From contig JBHGNT010000004.1 in NCBI GenBank assembly GCA_043228905.1, positions 8,990,001 through 9,054,000 on the forward strand: a DNA stretch of 64,000 nucleotides. The letters are read 5' to 3'. The notes beneath the pieces are model-generated. The model was not told the origin of the DNA. It saw nothing but the letters and a program-made list of their open reading frames with translations, and searched no databases. Positions 24,460-37,373 of the stretch are shown piece after piece. The position numbers and the translations under genes are program-made. The stretch comes from Azolla caroliniana. Its lineage: Eukaryota; Plantae; Polypodiophyta. Each line of letters starts with the position of its first letter. Positions within the stretch are counted from its first letter, which is position 1.

Positions 24460-26540
24460 TCGCGATGATTCGGCCCTCTTTTTCGATGAGGCGCCCATCT
24501 TGGTCGAATCGTACTTGCATCCCTTGCTCAACCATTTGGCCGACCGAGACCAAATTCTTCGTGATGGTGGGAACATGCAAGACATTTTTAATGTATGTTT
24601 GCTTACCTCTTTCGCCGAACGGAACATTGCTGATGTGCCGAATTGGGTGCGTAGTGTCATCTCCGGTTTCGACATAACCGGGTCGTTCCGGTTCTCGAAG
24701 TTCAAGAAACCATTCTTTATGAGATGTCATATGGTTTGAAGCTTCGGAGTCAACAAACCATACGTCCTCCCGATTGAGGGCACTAGTTGAGGTAGAGGCC
24801 GACATAGAGTTTGCTCTATGTTTCATCATGAACATTCCGCCACGGTCAAAGTTGTGTGCATACATTCCGCCACGATCTTCGTAGTCGGAGTTGTGCTCTT
24901 ACATTCCTCTATACTCTTCGTAGTCAGAATTGTGCACGTAATTCGTCAGTTGTCAGCTTGTGGAAGCCGATTCACGCATCTTCTTTCGGCACTCTTCTTC
25001 GTGGTGGCCGAGCTTTCCGCAGTATCCACATTCGGTTGCGTTTTGACGGCTCAGGCCGGAGTGGAAGCTCCCCCTTCTTGGGAAGGTTCCTCATTGGCTT
25101 CCGTTTTGCGGCCGAAATTGGAAGTTGTTGTCGTAGGACGGACCTCGTCTGCCTTGTCCTTGGCCGAATTGGCCTCTCGCTCGTCCGCGTCCTCTTCCTT
25201 CGTTCGAGTGCGTGTAGAGCATGTGGACTTCCAACTCATTACTCCTTGTACACACGTGGTTTTCTTCGACCAATAGCATTGATTGGAGCTCGAAGAAGGA
25301 GGGAGATTTCTCCCTTGCTAGAACGGCGGTTCGCATCGTGCCGAACCGTGGTGCGAGGCTGTCAAGGCATATTTGCACCATCTCATCATCATCGATATTT
25401 ACGCTTATCGAGCCGAGCGAGTCGCAAAGCTCCTTGATCTTCAAGGTGTATGTCGTGATGGACATGTCCCTTTATTGAGTGTTGTTCAACTCTTGGCGGA
25501 GTTGAAGCCTTCTTGCGGTTGTGTTCGCCGCGAAAATCTTTCGTAGATTTTCCCATGCCTCCTTCAGCGTCTTGGCTTCACGAATGTAGCCGAGCATGTG
25601 ATCGTGAACACATGTAGCCAAGCAATACAACACGCAGCTTGCGGCTTGCTCCTATGTCGCGTATCCGGGAGTCATTTCGATGGGTCGGTCTTCGTGCGCT
25701 CCTTTGATGTAGCTCCAATAGCCTTGTCCGACAAGGTATTGGTGCATCTTGTACTCCCAAGATACGAAGTTGTTTCGATCCAACTTCTTGGTAGGGGGAG
25801 TGCTCCCCATTTGAGTATTCATTATGTCAATTATTCTTCTTCTTCTTCTTCTTCTTCTCTCTTCGAATGCGAGCTATGTAGCGAAGCTACGATAGCGATG
25901 AGTCGGTTCTTGGTCGTCGGCGTAGGACACAGCGCATGCGGATGGGCTAGATCAAGCTACCAAGTCGCTCTAATACCATGTAAAGAATCAAGAGATGGAT
26001 TCTATGCAGCGGAATAGATATGAGTTGTGTGTGTGTATGAGAGAGTGAGTGAGTGAGTGAGTGAGTGAGAGAGACAAGGAGTAAGACACAGAGAATACGC
26101 AAGGTAAAGTATATTAACAAAGGAAAAAGACTCCACCACATACAAGGTGGGAGGAGGGTGCTTTATATAGTCACCCTCTCTCTTCATTAACTACAAGACT
26201 CATGGAGCATGGGGAATGTGAAAGCTCATAAGTTATGTGTCATAGAATATGATTCTATGGCTCATACTAAATGCTAGAATACAAAGTGGTGACATAAATT
26301 ATGGTGACTCTTGACCGTTGGAGTGTTTATTCACTCTCAAGGTGAGTTCACACACTAGACCAAGTTGAGCTTGATTCTCAACACCTATTCTATTACATAG
26401 GCCAACGTAGGCAATTATTTTTCAGATGCTCTTTTAAGAGCATTGAAGTACATGTCAGTACTTCTTAACGGCCCTAACAGATCAGCTTGTATATATATAA
26501 AGTGCATATAAGCACTATGTATGAGATAGAGCATTTTTTT

Positions 26541-26600
<60 letters not shown>

Positions 26601-26603
<3 letters not shown>

Positions 26604-27312
26604 GTTCAAAAAAGTCCCTCACATCGACTTCCTAGAATTGCGTGGGAAGCAAGGAAAAAGATCCAAAAGACGCATAAAAGCAAAATTTTGTGTTCCGGTT
26701 GGATGCAAGATATAGAAAACTGGTTTGGTAGATGGGATGCGAGACACTTGCTTTATGATGCATCATTAGATTCCTGTGTAAATGAGGCCTTTTTGCAACG
26801 CCAATGTATCATGACATGGGACAAATGTGGAGGCTCGCGCTTCACACATTATACTACACATGTTGCACCTAACTACAAAACCATATTCTTTGCGGAACAG
26901 GGAAATCGTACACATCGATACATGTTAGAGCCCATACCATTATCTGCCATTCGAACCATTGCTTCCATGCGACTTAGCTCACATGCATTGCGATGTGAAA
27001 CAGGGCGTTGGGGCACAAGTGATGAGAGTGGTCGGCTATGCACACTTTGCCCTAAACAAGTTCGCGAATCTGAGTATCACACTTTGATACAATGCTCTAC
27101 CTTTGATCATATTCAACCATGCTTTCCACATCTCTTCGACCAAGCCCAATCTTTGCATGAATTCCTCTCACAACCACAATGTGCAATCTCGATTGCAACA
27201 TTCATTGGTAAAGTTCTTGAACATCGAGAGTCAGTACTCACTTTCACACATATCACAGGAAATATAATATTTTTGGTCTCATAGATCATATTTGACCTCT
27301 GAAGACGATAAT

Positions 27313-27316
<4 letters not shown>
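26601..27316 (+). mobile_element. 5'-truncated non-LTR retrotransposon (RTE-X-like) 3' end, embedded in (CT)n
   Basis: Open frame with RLSSHALRCETGRW...RLCTLC...ESEYHTLIQC, the C-terminal CCHC region typical of RTEX-like ORF2. (CT)n at 26543-26600 and 27316-27348. Confidence 0.75.
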
Positions 27317-27351
<35 letters not shown>

Positions 27352-30300
27352 ATCGTAATTACCTTACCCTAGTGGTAAGTTGTTAGCACTACAAGCACTG
27401 CGTTCTCCATTGGGCAACCTTACCAACTGAGCTACATCCATCTAGGCTCAGGCTCTCTCTCTCTCTCTCTCTCTCTGGTACTCTGTGTTTTGTGTTAACG
27501 AACTGTCCATCTTTCGGATAACCGACCAACTGTCTGTTCATAAGGTTCCGCATATTGTAAATCTTTATAATTCCCTTTTCTTTTTTGAAGAAAGGAAAGG
27601 AATAAATGCATTTAATGTTGAAATTAGGCACCTCTTTTTCTCTATAAAAAGAGGATAAGAGGGCTGAACTCGGATCGCCCATTTTTGCCCAAGGGTGTAC
27701 CATTAGGGTTTTGTCTCTTCCCCTTCTGGATACTACAAGGTCCCCCATTTTGTGGTTTAAGGGGCACCATTAGGGTTTGAGGTTGTCATTTTGTGCTTGG
27801 GCGGTCCACTAGGGTTTTGGGATCTTCCTTCTTCTCCTCCTTCATTGTCTTAGTCGGGAGACTAGGGTTTCCTTTTCTTCTTTGTGAGCGTCTAGGGTTT
27901 CTTCTTCTTTCTAAATTGTGGGTCTAGGAAGGGTTTTGATCTATTCTTCTTCCCATGGGGTTTATTTTAGGTTTCTTCTTCGACTTTTGGGTTTACCTAC
28001 TCACGATTACTTCAGAGGTTCGGTTGTCTTCTCCACGGTGGACAACATTACACGACAACGATTTCAAGAGAAGGGCGGGGCTACCTCTCATTCTGTATAT
28101 CATGAATCCACGTCATTACGAATCATGAATAGCCCACAATATGAACTTTTTGATAGGTTAAAAACTATCAAATATCCTAGACAACATGTCTAGTTAGCTA
28201 ATTTGGCATGGTATTTGAGAATGAGCACATTTTCTTTTATATAAATATGGATGTAGCTCCCTCTAGATTGGGTTCTATTGACCATATATCAAAGCATTCA
28301 TTGATTTCTAGACTATGTATTGTGGTTCTCTTTTCTAGTATAGTCACATCACACTAAAAGCGAAAAAGTTAAGAAACTACATAAATAGAAAAACATGTCA
28401 TGTTAATTCAAGAGAAGTGATAGAAGGTACAAAGGATGAGCGGTGGATCTAGAGAACAAAACATTATAAAGCTACATATTATTATTGAATTAACTCACAT
28501 ATATAAGTCACATTTTTCACATTCAATATAACTTGGTTAATAAACTCCCTTACTTTTTTGGAAATCAAGGATTGAACCTTGGAACAACAATTTAGGGATC
28601 ATTAACTACTAAATGATGGTGTCTCGGTATATCTAAATATTCAAACTTTACCTTACCCACTATGTATATAATCCTTTGCTTTAAAGTTGTATGAGAAAAA
28701 GTTGTTTCAAAGTGAAATTGTTTATTTTTATGTATTTTATTTTTGTCCAAAAAAAGTGAACCTGTTTATGCCTTTAAATATATTTGGAGTGTGCACATCA
28801 TCACTTATGATCTCCAACGACCATCAAACGCGTTCCACATTCTAGATGACTATGATAAACTATTGCATGGCGACAAATAGCCATCATGTTTATTGTATTT
28901 TTGTTATCTAGTCAACCTCATCAATAATCAAATCACCAACATAGCATCACATGGAAAAGGAAAATTATGTAAAAGCAATTTTGCCTTTATACATCAAATT
29001 GGTGAGTGGCAATCAATTTGATCTAAAAAAACCTTACATGTACATTCACTAAGAAAATAATTAGTAAACAAACATGACGTTCTAATCATAATGCTTGTGG
29101 TTTGCTATAGAGTTCAAAGTCTTCAAGTTGTCTTTCAATAGAGAAATTTGTATACGTAGTTTGTGGTCATGTACACTACTAGCAAACTTCTCCTAAAAAT
29201 AAGCTTTGCAACTTCGCTTTCCACGACCTAAGGGCTGAAGGCATTATATTGCCTTTTAACGGTTCACCAAAGACTAGCATATAACACATTTTACATTTAA
29301 TGATTATATTATCATATTGAGAGGTCATTAAACTTCATTATAGTTCTTTAACCTATCAAGTTGTCTCCAACATGTTCATTGCTTCATTATTAAGAAACTT
29401 ACAATTTTGGAGAAACCAAAAAACACTTCTACATTAGATTCGTCAATAATTACATTAGCTTTAGTCGCAAAAGCGGTAATACGATGAAATCAAGGTTTTT
29501 CCTTAGAAGTATTCAAGAACATATCGCAAACACGTCACCAAAGACATGAGAAAGAAATGAAATATACTAAACTAATCATTGTGACCGTAACTTTACCTTC
29601 AAAGTGGAGTTACATATCATGAATACATAAGATAAACATTCATAAGTTCCCAAACATCCATCGAACAAATCTTTACATCATTATTATTATTCAAAAAGTT
29701 TGTCATGCCATCAATATTTTAGCCCTCAAGACTTCAGTGCTCAAACTTAATTGTACATAAAGATGAATGTTACATGTGTTATTTTACAATATAGTTATGA
29801 TATAGAGGGGTTTGCATGAATAGTATGACATGTTTGTTGACACGTACGAGAGAATATTGGAAGTTTGTTTCATATCTTTATATGAAACAACAATTAACCC
29901 AAGAATCAATCAATTCGAGAATCCATCACTATAATGAGCACTTTGAAGTAAGTTGTGTTGGGTTGAGGTGAAAGATGAATATGTGTCGGTTCTTTTTTTG
30001 TTTAAGTTTCCCTCAAATTTATTATCAATTTGCCATTTTGATAATAACATCTATGAGAAATCATATATGAGAGTATTTATATCCCATGTTTAAGAGGTTG
30101 TTAATGCATCTCTAGCTATATATTTGACTGACATGTAATCATGTAAATACTAAAATAAACAATACATTATCCAGATATAGATAATATAACAATTGAATCA
30201 ATACATTACGTTGCTAACTAGGTGTCAAAATCAAGTTGACCTTATCCATCGTACAATATGTTAGAACATGTAAAGACATTATTGAAATGGTCCCCTTATG

Positions 30301-30551
30301 TTATTAATGTCTTCCAGCTACCTTCTTGACAAACGATATGAATACATTTCATTGATTGCAAGAAACAACTAAAATGACTTAATGCTTATGCATGTCAAAA
30401 AATGACATAGTGTCTTAGGGTACTTAATTAAATAAAACTCTACTTCCTCAATAGCTTTTTACTATTCATAAGTTTAGTTGGTCTCATTGCAACTTGTCTA
30501 ACAAAAAACACTTATTTTTATCTATAGAACTTTTTTGAATTATGTGATTAA

Positions 30552-30990
30552 TGTTGGCCAGAGTATGGAGGGCAAGTGGGGGACGAGTCGGGAACGGATA
30601 TTAGTATTAGTTATTAATTGGTTATAATTATAATAGGAGTGGACGGATCCAGAATAGTTGCACCGATCTGAATCCGGACCGATTCGTAGCCAGTTGCCGG
30701 TATGGCACCGTTTTGTAATTAGAACCAGATGCCTATAAAAGGATCCGGAAAGCAATGTAATGGACACGGAAGTAATGCAAGTTTGTTTTTGGAATTCAGT
30801 ATTGTGTATCTTGTCTACGACCGTCTGTGCTTAATTTAATATCCTACACGTGTTAATCCGGAACCGATCCGAAAATAGTCGGATTAGAATCATCTTTGTG
30901 CCAATTAACATCCTACCCATAACCACCCCTTTGGTGAAGTGATCCAGAAGGACACCCTGTGTTTGTGGCTAGTCCGGCCTAGGATAAACA
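30552..30990 (+). mobile_element. Solo LTR (439 bp), TSD ATTAA
   Basis: TGTT...AACA termini; ATTAA at 30547-30551 and 30991-30995; internal TATA (cctataaaag); GC-richer than its flanks. Confidence 0.75.
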
Positions 30991-33371
30991 ATTAACATTG
31001 ATAACATCAATGTGTCACTTGATAACATCAACATGTAACTCTTTCAATTAATCACTGTTGTGAACTTCCTAGGAAGCAATTTACTTAGTCATTACTATTG
31101 CAATAATCTAGTAACCATGTGGATCTTAATCTTATAGTTCATTAATCCTATAAGTGATCTATGGTCGCAATCATTAATACTACTCTATTACAACCATCCA
31201 ATGATTCTTCATTATCATATCTTTCACAAATTATAAAACCATAACTTAAATAGTTTTTTGAGCTAACATGAATGCAATACCATGCAAGAACCAATATATT
31301 TGGTGCAACACGTAAACATACCGTAGAAAGCAAATGATTCATAACATGGATAACCATGAGTAAGATTTGCATAGGTATGATGTTTAAACCCCAATTATGT
31401 AGCAATAAAGGTTATCTTGTGTGATCTTAAGGAACATAAGTTCAAGTCCCAAACATAACTTTATTTTTCGCCACAAAGAATAGTCCATGCTCACACCCAT
31501 GTAATGTATGGAAACAAGTCCCCTCTTTACATTATTAATCACAAGTAGATTGCACAATAGTCTTGGATTGTTATCTATTTTGTGAACTCATCTTTATCAT
31601 GACTTTCTCTTGTTCTCTTATCTTCTCTACATTCCTCTCTCCATGCCACTCATCAAACTCATGGTTTGCAACTTTTACCTTGCAACATAAGAGTTTATGA
31701 GCTCTCACTAAGTTTTGACCTTCGTGTGCATTAATGTGCCATATTTTTCTATATTGAGATGTAGATAGGTTTACAAAGGTCTTACAAGAAACCTAACTTG
31801 ACAATTATATTTGCTCAAACAATGTCTTAATCATGTTCAATATCCTTTACTTTGAGTTGCATTATCCAACCCATTGATTGGCAATATGGGTCCAAGAACA
31901 CGATGAAAATATTGTGTTACACTAAGGTTTATGGCTCTTCCCTGTTGAAACTACAACAATGTATGGGTGGCTCTCTAGATACAAAAAATTATTGTCTACA
32001 TAGTCTTGATGTTGCAACTTGCAATTAGTTGGGAACATCGTGTACGCTTCCATGTTTGCATTCGTGGGTAACTACTATTGGAAAGGCCCACGTAGAGATC
32101 ACTCCCATGTTCAATATATTAGACTTCACATGATCATTAACCTTCAATTCCTAGGACAAGACTTAACTAGAATGTGAAACTCCCCTAATAGTGTGGCTAC
32201 AAATATGGCTAAGGAGTTCTGAAATCAAATGCTAGAGGAGTGCAAAAAGACAACTAGGCATTGAATTATGACACAATGGAGCATAGATCGTTACATTATT
32301 TGTGCCTATCATGATATGATGTCATTTGTCTCGCTATATCATTATTATCTTTTTGTTATGTTAACACAAAGAATAAAGAGAATGCCCTCGATTTTCTTCT
32401 AAAGACTAACTTATTGTGATACCACTATTACGTAGTCATTTACACCACAACAACATGATATTTACTCTCTTCCCAACAATTCAACATATAGTATTAACCC
32501 TAGGTTTGATATGTGGGAACTATATAACGAATGCCTTCGTAGACATAAATCATTGGAGCTACCATATTCTTCAATGAAGTTCTGGAGTTAATGCAATAAG
32601 TGGGAATAGATGTTAGGCTTTGTTAGCTTGTGTACAAATGGGCACTTGAATGAGCTGAGGTATTGTTCTTCAAGCCATAGTTGTATGTGTATCTATGAAG
32701 GGAGTATATCTCCATTGTGTAATTCAACTCTTATAATTGTGTTATGCCCTATGATAGAATTCAAAGTCTTTGATTTGTTCCATTTCTATCTATGTGTAAA
32801 CTGATCTGAAATGTATTGGTTTAATATGGTATATATTCAAAGGAAACCTAAGGCATTGTAAATTTGAGAAGGGTGTAATTGTCGGTGCTTGGCCGACAAT
32901 TCAATATTGTGAAATTTGTCAAATTGAAAGTTTAAAATTAGGTAGTACTTCAGTCACAAAGTCTTCACGAGCAAAAAGGGAGAAACACTTTGAATTGGAT
33001 ATAAAAATCATGAGTGTCCTACAACTAACAAGATAACAACCACCCTAAGTTCAATTGATTGGAAATAAAGCGAGCAGAACCTCTATGCTTGTGTCATTAT
33101 GGTTCGAGCATAAAGTTACCAAAAGGAGAGGTCAAATGCGTGAGAGGACAAAGTGCCCTAGTCTCTTGTTTGTGTCTCTATCTCTCTTTCTCTCTTTTCA
33201 TTCACACACGCACACACACATAGGAATAATACATGTCATGTTACATGTTGATTGGGCATTTGAGGATGGTGATATATCGTGATCAATCATTGGTTCACGT
33301 CATAAGTAATGGTCATGGTACAACGACGATGATAATATGTTGTATAAGTGGGGCCGAAAACTTATTCAAGC

Positions 33372-33423
<52 letters not shown>

Positions 33424-33462
33424 GGCACATAATGGGGACTAGGAACCTTTGGAGCGATTGGG

Positions 33463-33470
33463 TATAAAAG
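33463..33470 (+). promoter_or_regulatory. Putative TATA box of the peroxidase gene
   Basis: TATAAAAG about 80 bp upstream of the ATG, downstream of a (CT)n(CA)n microsatellite. Confidence 0.55.
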
Positions 33471-33544
33471 CGGAGTCTATGGGAGTAGGCATTCTCAAAG
33501 AAAAAGAAGAGAAGCTTTGGCTAGAGTAGCAGCAGTAAGTAGGA

Positions 33545-35988
33545 ATGGCATCCATAGTGGTCTTAGGCACGTTGTTACTGATGATGGTGATGGTCATGTG
33601 TGTTTCCTCCTCCTCCTCCTCCTCCTCCTCCTTTAGCAGTGGCCTAAGCTATGGCTATTACAAGGAGAGCTGCCCCAATGTTGAGGAGATTGTGAAGGAG
33701 CAAGTGACAAAAGTGTACTATATCCATGGCAATGCTGCTGTCTCTTTCACTAGGAACATCTTCCATGACTGTGCAGTCCAAGTAAAGACACCATCATCCC
33801 TCTCCCTTAAACTTTTTTCTGGGTTTTATTTAATTAATCGATTTGATATGGGTGTGAATAAGAAATATGTGAACTCATCATTTGTCACTAATTTACTAGT
33901 CAGCCATTGGGTGTGGGTAATCATTTGATCTTTTCTATCGATTTAGGCGGGTGATTGTTGGTCGATGGATTCAATTGGATTTATGTGGTGATTTGTAGGT
34001 TGATTCAATTCAAAATAATTCTCTTTCTTTATATCTAGCTCCTACTAATTGGTCCCCGTGAAGCAATGATCTTTCACTTTGGCCATAGGCCTAAATGGTT
34101 GTTTACACCATAACTTGAGAGTGAGCAAGTTTGGCCCTCACCATGGACTCGCAATCCATCTTCCGTGGCCGTTAAAAAATATATCTATCTACAATACATT
34201 CAAACTCGAAATCCAACCGAGGCACAACACATTTCCATCACTTTCTCGCTTTGATGACATGCAATCAATCTCCTTACTTTAGTATAGGCATCATCTTTGC
34301 CAAAAGAGGAAATTGAGCGAGTGTAGATGAGATCGAGAGAGAATTAGGAAGGAACTAATCAAATTTGAAATGCCTAATTATTACGAGGTGGGTGTTGCTA
34401 ATTAATGCATGTAGGGATGTGATGGGTCACTTTTGTTGGACTCGACACCAGGACATGCGGGAGAGCTAGAGTCGGACAAGAACTTTGGCTTACGAAACTT
34501 CAAGTATATTGTGGACGTGATAAAAGGGGAGGTGGAGAAAGCGTGCCCTGGTGTTGTGTCATGCGCCGATATCCTCATTCTCTCTGGACGGGATGGAATT
34601 GCCATGGTAACTATTGGGTTATGTATCACACTCTAATTGATTCTAATCTAAATACATTTCTATTATCAACACATTAATTTAAGTTGTTTACGTGTGTGTA
34701 TATTTTCTACGGAGGTGATGTACACATAGATATAGATAAGACTTAATTGTGGCCACAAGTGTATCAAATTTATTCATCAAATACCCACAAACTACTACAA
34801 TTACAAACTATTAGTTACCAATTTGGCACTAACTATATGTATAGGGTATAAATATTTTGCATGCATGCTAAGTTTAAACATTATATTTTATGTACTCAAG
34901 TGTCTTTGGAGTGTTCTCTTATACATATACTTGTTGAACGTTGCATCATTAGAGTTTTTTTCTTGCAAAATGCCCTAGGCCAACCTTGAAAGGAGCAAAT
35001 ATATGCATCGTTCGAGAAATGGTATGGAGAATTATTCTCAATTTTCTCTATTAAATTTGCTAGTTGACCAATTACCTAGTAAATCCATATCCTTTTTTGT
35101 CTCTCTGTCTTTGGAGAGTTGACAAAAGGTCATTTGAGCATTTGGGGGAAATAAAGAAACATGCATAGGGGTATTTGGTAAAGTTTTATGTACACATGCA
35201 CACACATACATATAATATATTTACCTTTATGTATGTTTCATTTCTCTCTTGATAATTTTTTTTGTTATTTTAGCTTGGGGGACCACAATTTCAAGTGAAG
35301 ACGGGACGAAGAGACTCGCGAGAATATAGCCTCGCTGCAGCCGATGCACAACTGTTGGGACATGATGTAGACATATCAACCTTCTTAAAGTCCATGTCAA
35401 CCTTCAACCTTAACACTCCTCAATCTATTGCTCTCTTAGGTTTTTCTTTCTCTGCCTCATTTTTTACGCTTTCTCAATTATTTCATTGGCAACTATGTTA
35501 TTGAATTGATTTTGATTTTCAATCAAATAGTTATCCATATTAGATATTCACATTCCTTTGTGGTTCACAAATGACAAATATATATAGGAGCTCACACAGT
35601 AGGACGGACCCACTGCAAGCATTTGGTCAAAAGGTTGTACCCAAGTGTTGACCCCACGCTCAATGCAACATATTCTTCCTATTTGAAGATGAGGTGCCCA
35701 ACACCTAATCCGGATCCAAATGCTGTGTTATATTCGAGGAATGATCCCATCACTCCCATGAGATTTGATAACAATTACTTCAAGAATGTGATGCAATTGA
35801 AAGGATTGCTAAAAATCGACAATGCCCTCTACTTAGATCCAAGAACCAATGTCTATGTGGAGAAGTTTGCAAATGATAACAACTACTTCTTTGAACAATT
35901 CGTCGAGGCTATGAGTATATTAACCGAGCACAATGTACTCACTGGCTCCCAAGGAGAGATTCGAAAGCGTTGTGATGTAATTAATTGA
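33545..35988 (+). CDS. Class III secretory peroxidase, PRX21/PRX42-like (exons 33545-33781, 34415-34606, 35274-35439, 35588-35988; 331 aa)
   Basis: Signal peptide; YYKESCP; distal RNIFHDCAVQGCDGSLLL; CPGVVSCADIL; GRRDS; proximal GAHTVGRTHC; FDNNYF; GEIRKRC. Canonical 192-nt and 166-nt exons with GT-AG introns. Confidence 0.95.
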
Positions 35989-37373
35989 TTTAACCTGAGA
36001 AGGCTTCAAATGAATAATGTAAATACTTTGTGAAGTTGTATGTTGTAATGTTGCTATTTGAAAGAGGAAGGCAAGAAGGTTTCAAGAATAAATACTTTCT
36101 ACGAACTTACTAAGTTGTATGCTTCTAGATAAAGTCTATCAAGATCGCAATTTGTCATAGAAATGTATTTTCAAATTTCTCATTTATAATCAAAATATCA
36201 ACTTCGTTGATTGTTCTTTCCTCAATGAAGTAGGGGAAAATTTCTAAACAAAACATATTACAAGCAAAGTTGATGCAATGGTGCATTGGAACAACAAATT
36301 ATGCCTTTAAACTAATTGAAGTAGTATATAAGAACCCATGTACATAATGCACCTCGTGTGATCAATGCATTCAACATGAGACATTGGCAACTTGAACAAG
36401 TTAAGCATATGCAATATATGCTATAAGGAATTCAGTGGTCATATGCAACATAAGCTAGAATAAATTAGCTTGGACATATGCAATGAGATGTCAGAAGATT
36501 GAATAGATTATCCAACATGTGATTTATATGGTTATTGTACGATACTTAACTAGAGGCATGCAAACTTCTATGAATGCCCATAGTTGCAACTTGCAAATAT
36601 GGTCCCCATAACATTTGGCATGGATGCATCCATAGACAACCATCTCCAACTCTTAGTAGGAAGGTCGAATATTATGCACACATACGCAACAAAACAAACA
36701 ACTAGTGGAAGACCTTGAAGTGGCATAAGTTAACATTCGATGGCACACGCTAAAACGTACGATCATAGATAAAATCTAGAGGAAAACAAAAGTAGGGTGT
36801 TTTACAAAAGTTCTGCTCTCAATTGAATCGAATTGTGCTAGTGGAGGAAATTTTCAAAACGATATTGTAAAGCAAAGCGCTAACTTCTGCTTCTTATTCG
36901 AGAGATAATGCTCGAAATGTAGACACCAAGTTGCTAAGTACTACTACTATCTACTAAAAATGCCATGCTTCTCATTGTGTAGTGTATGTAGTATGTATAT
37001 GAACAAATCCCCCTCAACTTTTGGACATTCATTATATGAATATTGTGATCGTAATATTGTGACTAATTTGTGACTTGTCGACAGTTAGATGCAAATATGT
37101 ACAAATTACAATTATAATTACAAGTACGAATACGAATACGAATACAAGTGGATGTACGAATACGAATACAAAACATTTGAAAAGAATAAAAATAAAACTT
37201 TGATTCCCTCCTCCCTCTTTCAGTTCAATAAATACTGAACTAAAAAGATCAAAACACACACTACTTAACGATGGCGATGGCGATGGCGATGGCGATGGGC
37301 CTCCAGCAAATGTGATCGTTCCTGCCACACTCTGCTCCTCCTCCTCCTCCTGCTTCTGCTGCTGTTTCTGAGA

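Larger units (their letters stand above)
17935..26383 (-). mobile_element. Copia C (same family as A), TSD CCTAT, inserted in the LTR of Copia B; internally deleted
   Basis: 5' LTR 25979-26383; 3' LTR 17935-18102 (233-bp deletion); PBS 25967-25978; gag/PR 24460-25810; RT/RH 18340-19660. CCTAT at 17930-17934 and 26384-26388. Confidence 0.93.
3612..27569 (+). mobile_element. Copia B (outermost host): 3' RT/RNase H, 3' extension and 3' LTR, split by nested insertions
   Basis: RT/RNase H 3612-3961 (GYTDVDW..STSG..WSSKKQ) resumes in frame at 16900 (VPTPIMIYCDN). PPT 17743-17752. LTR pieces 17753-17934, 26384-~26600 and ~27316-27569 resemble the Copia Z LTR. The right end is approximate. Confidence 0.78.

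Noticed and set aside
28200-33000. Hidden genes in the AT-rich intergenic region
   Set aside because: Only short ORFs without recognisable motifs. Ancient TE debris is possible but cannot be supported by eye.
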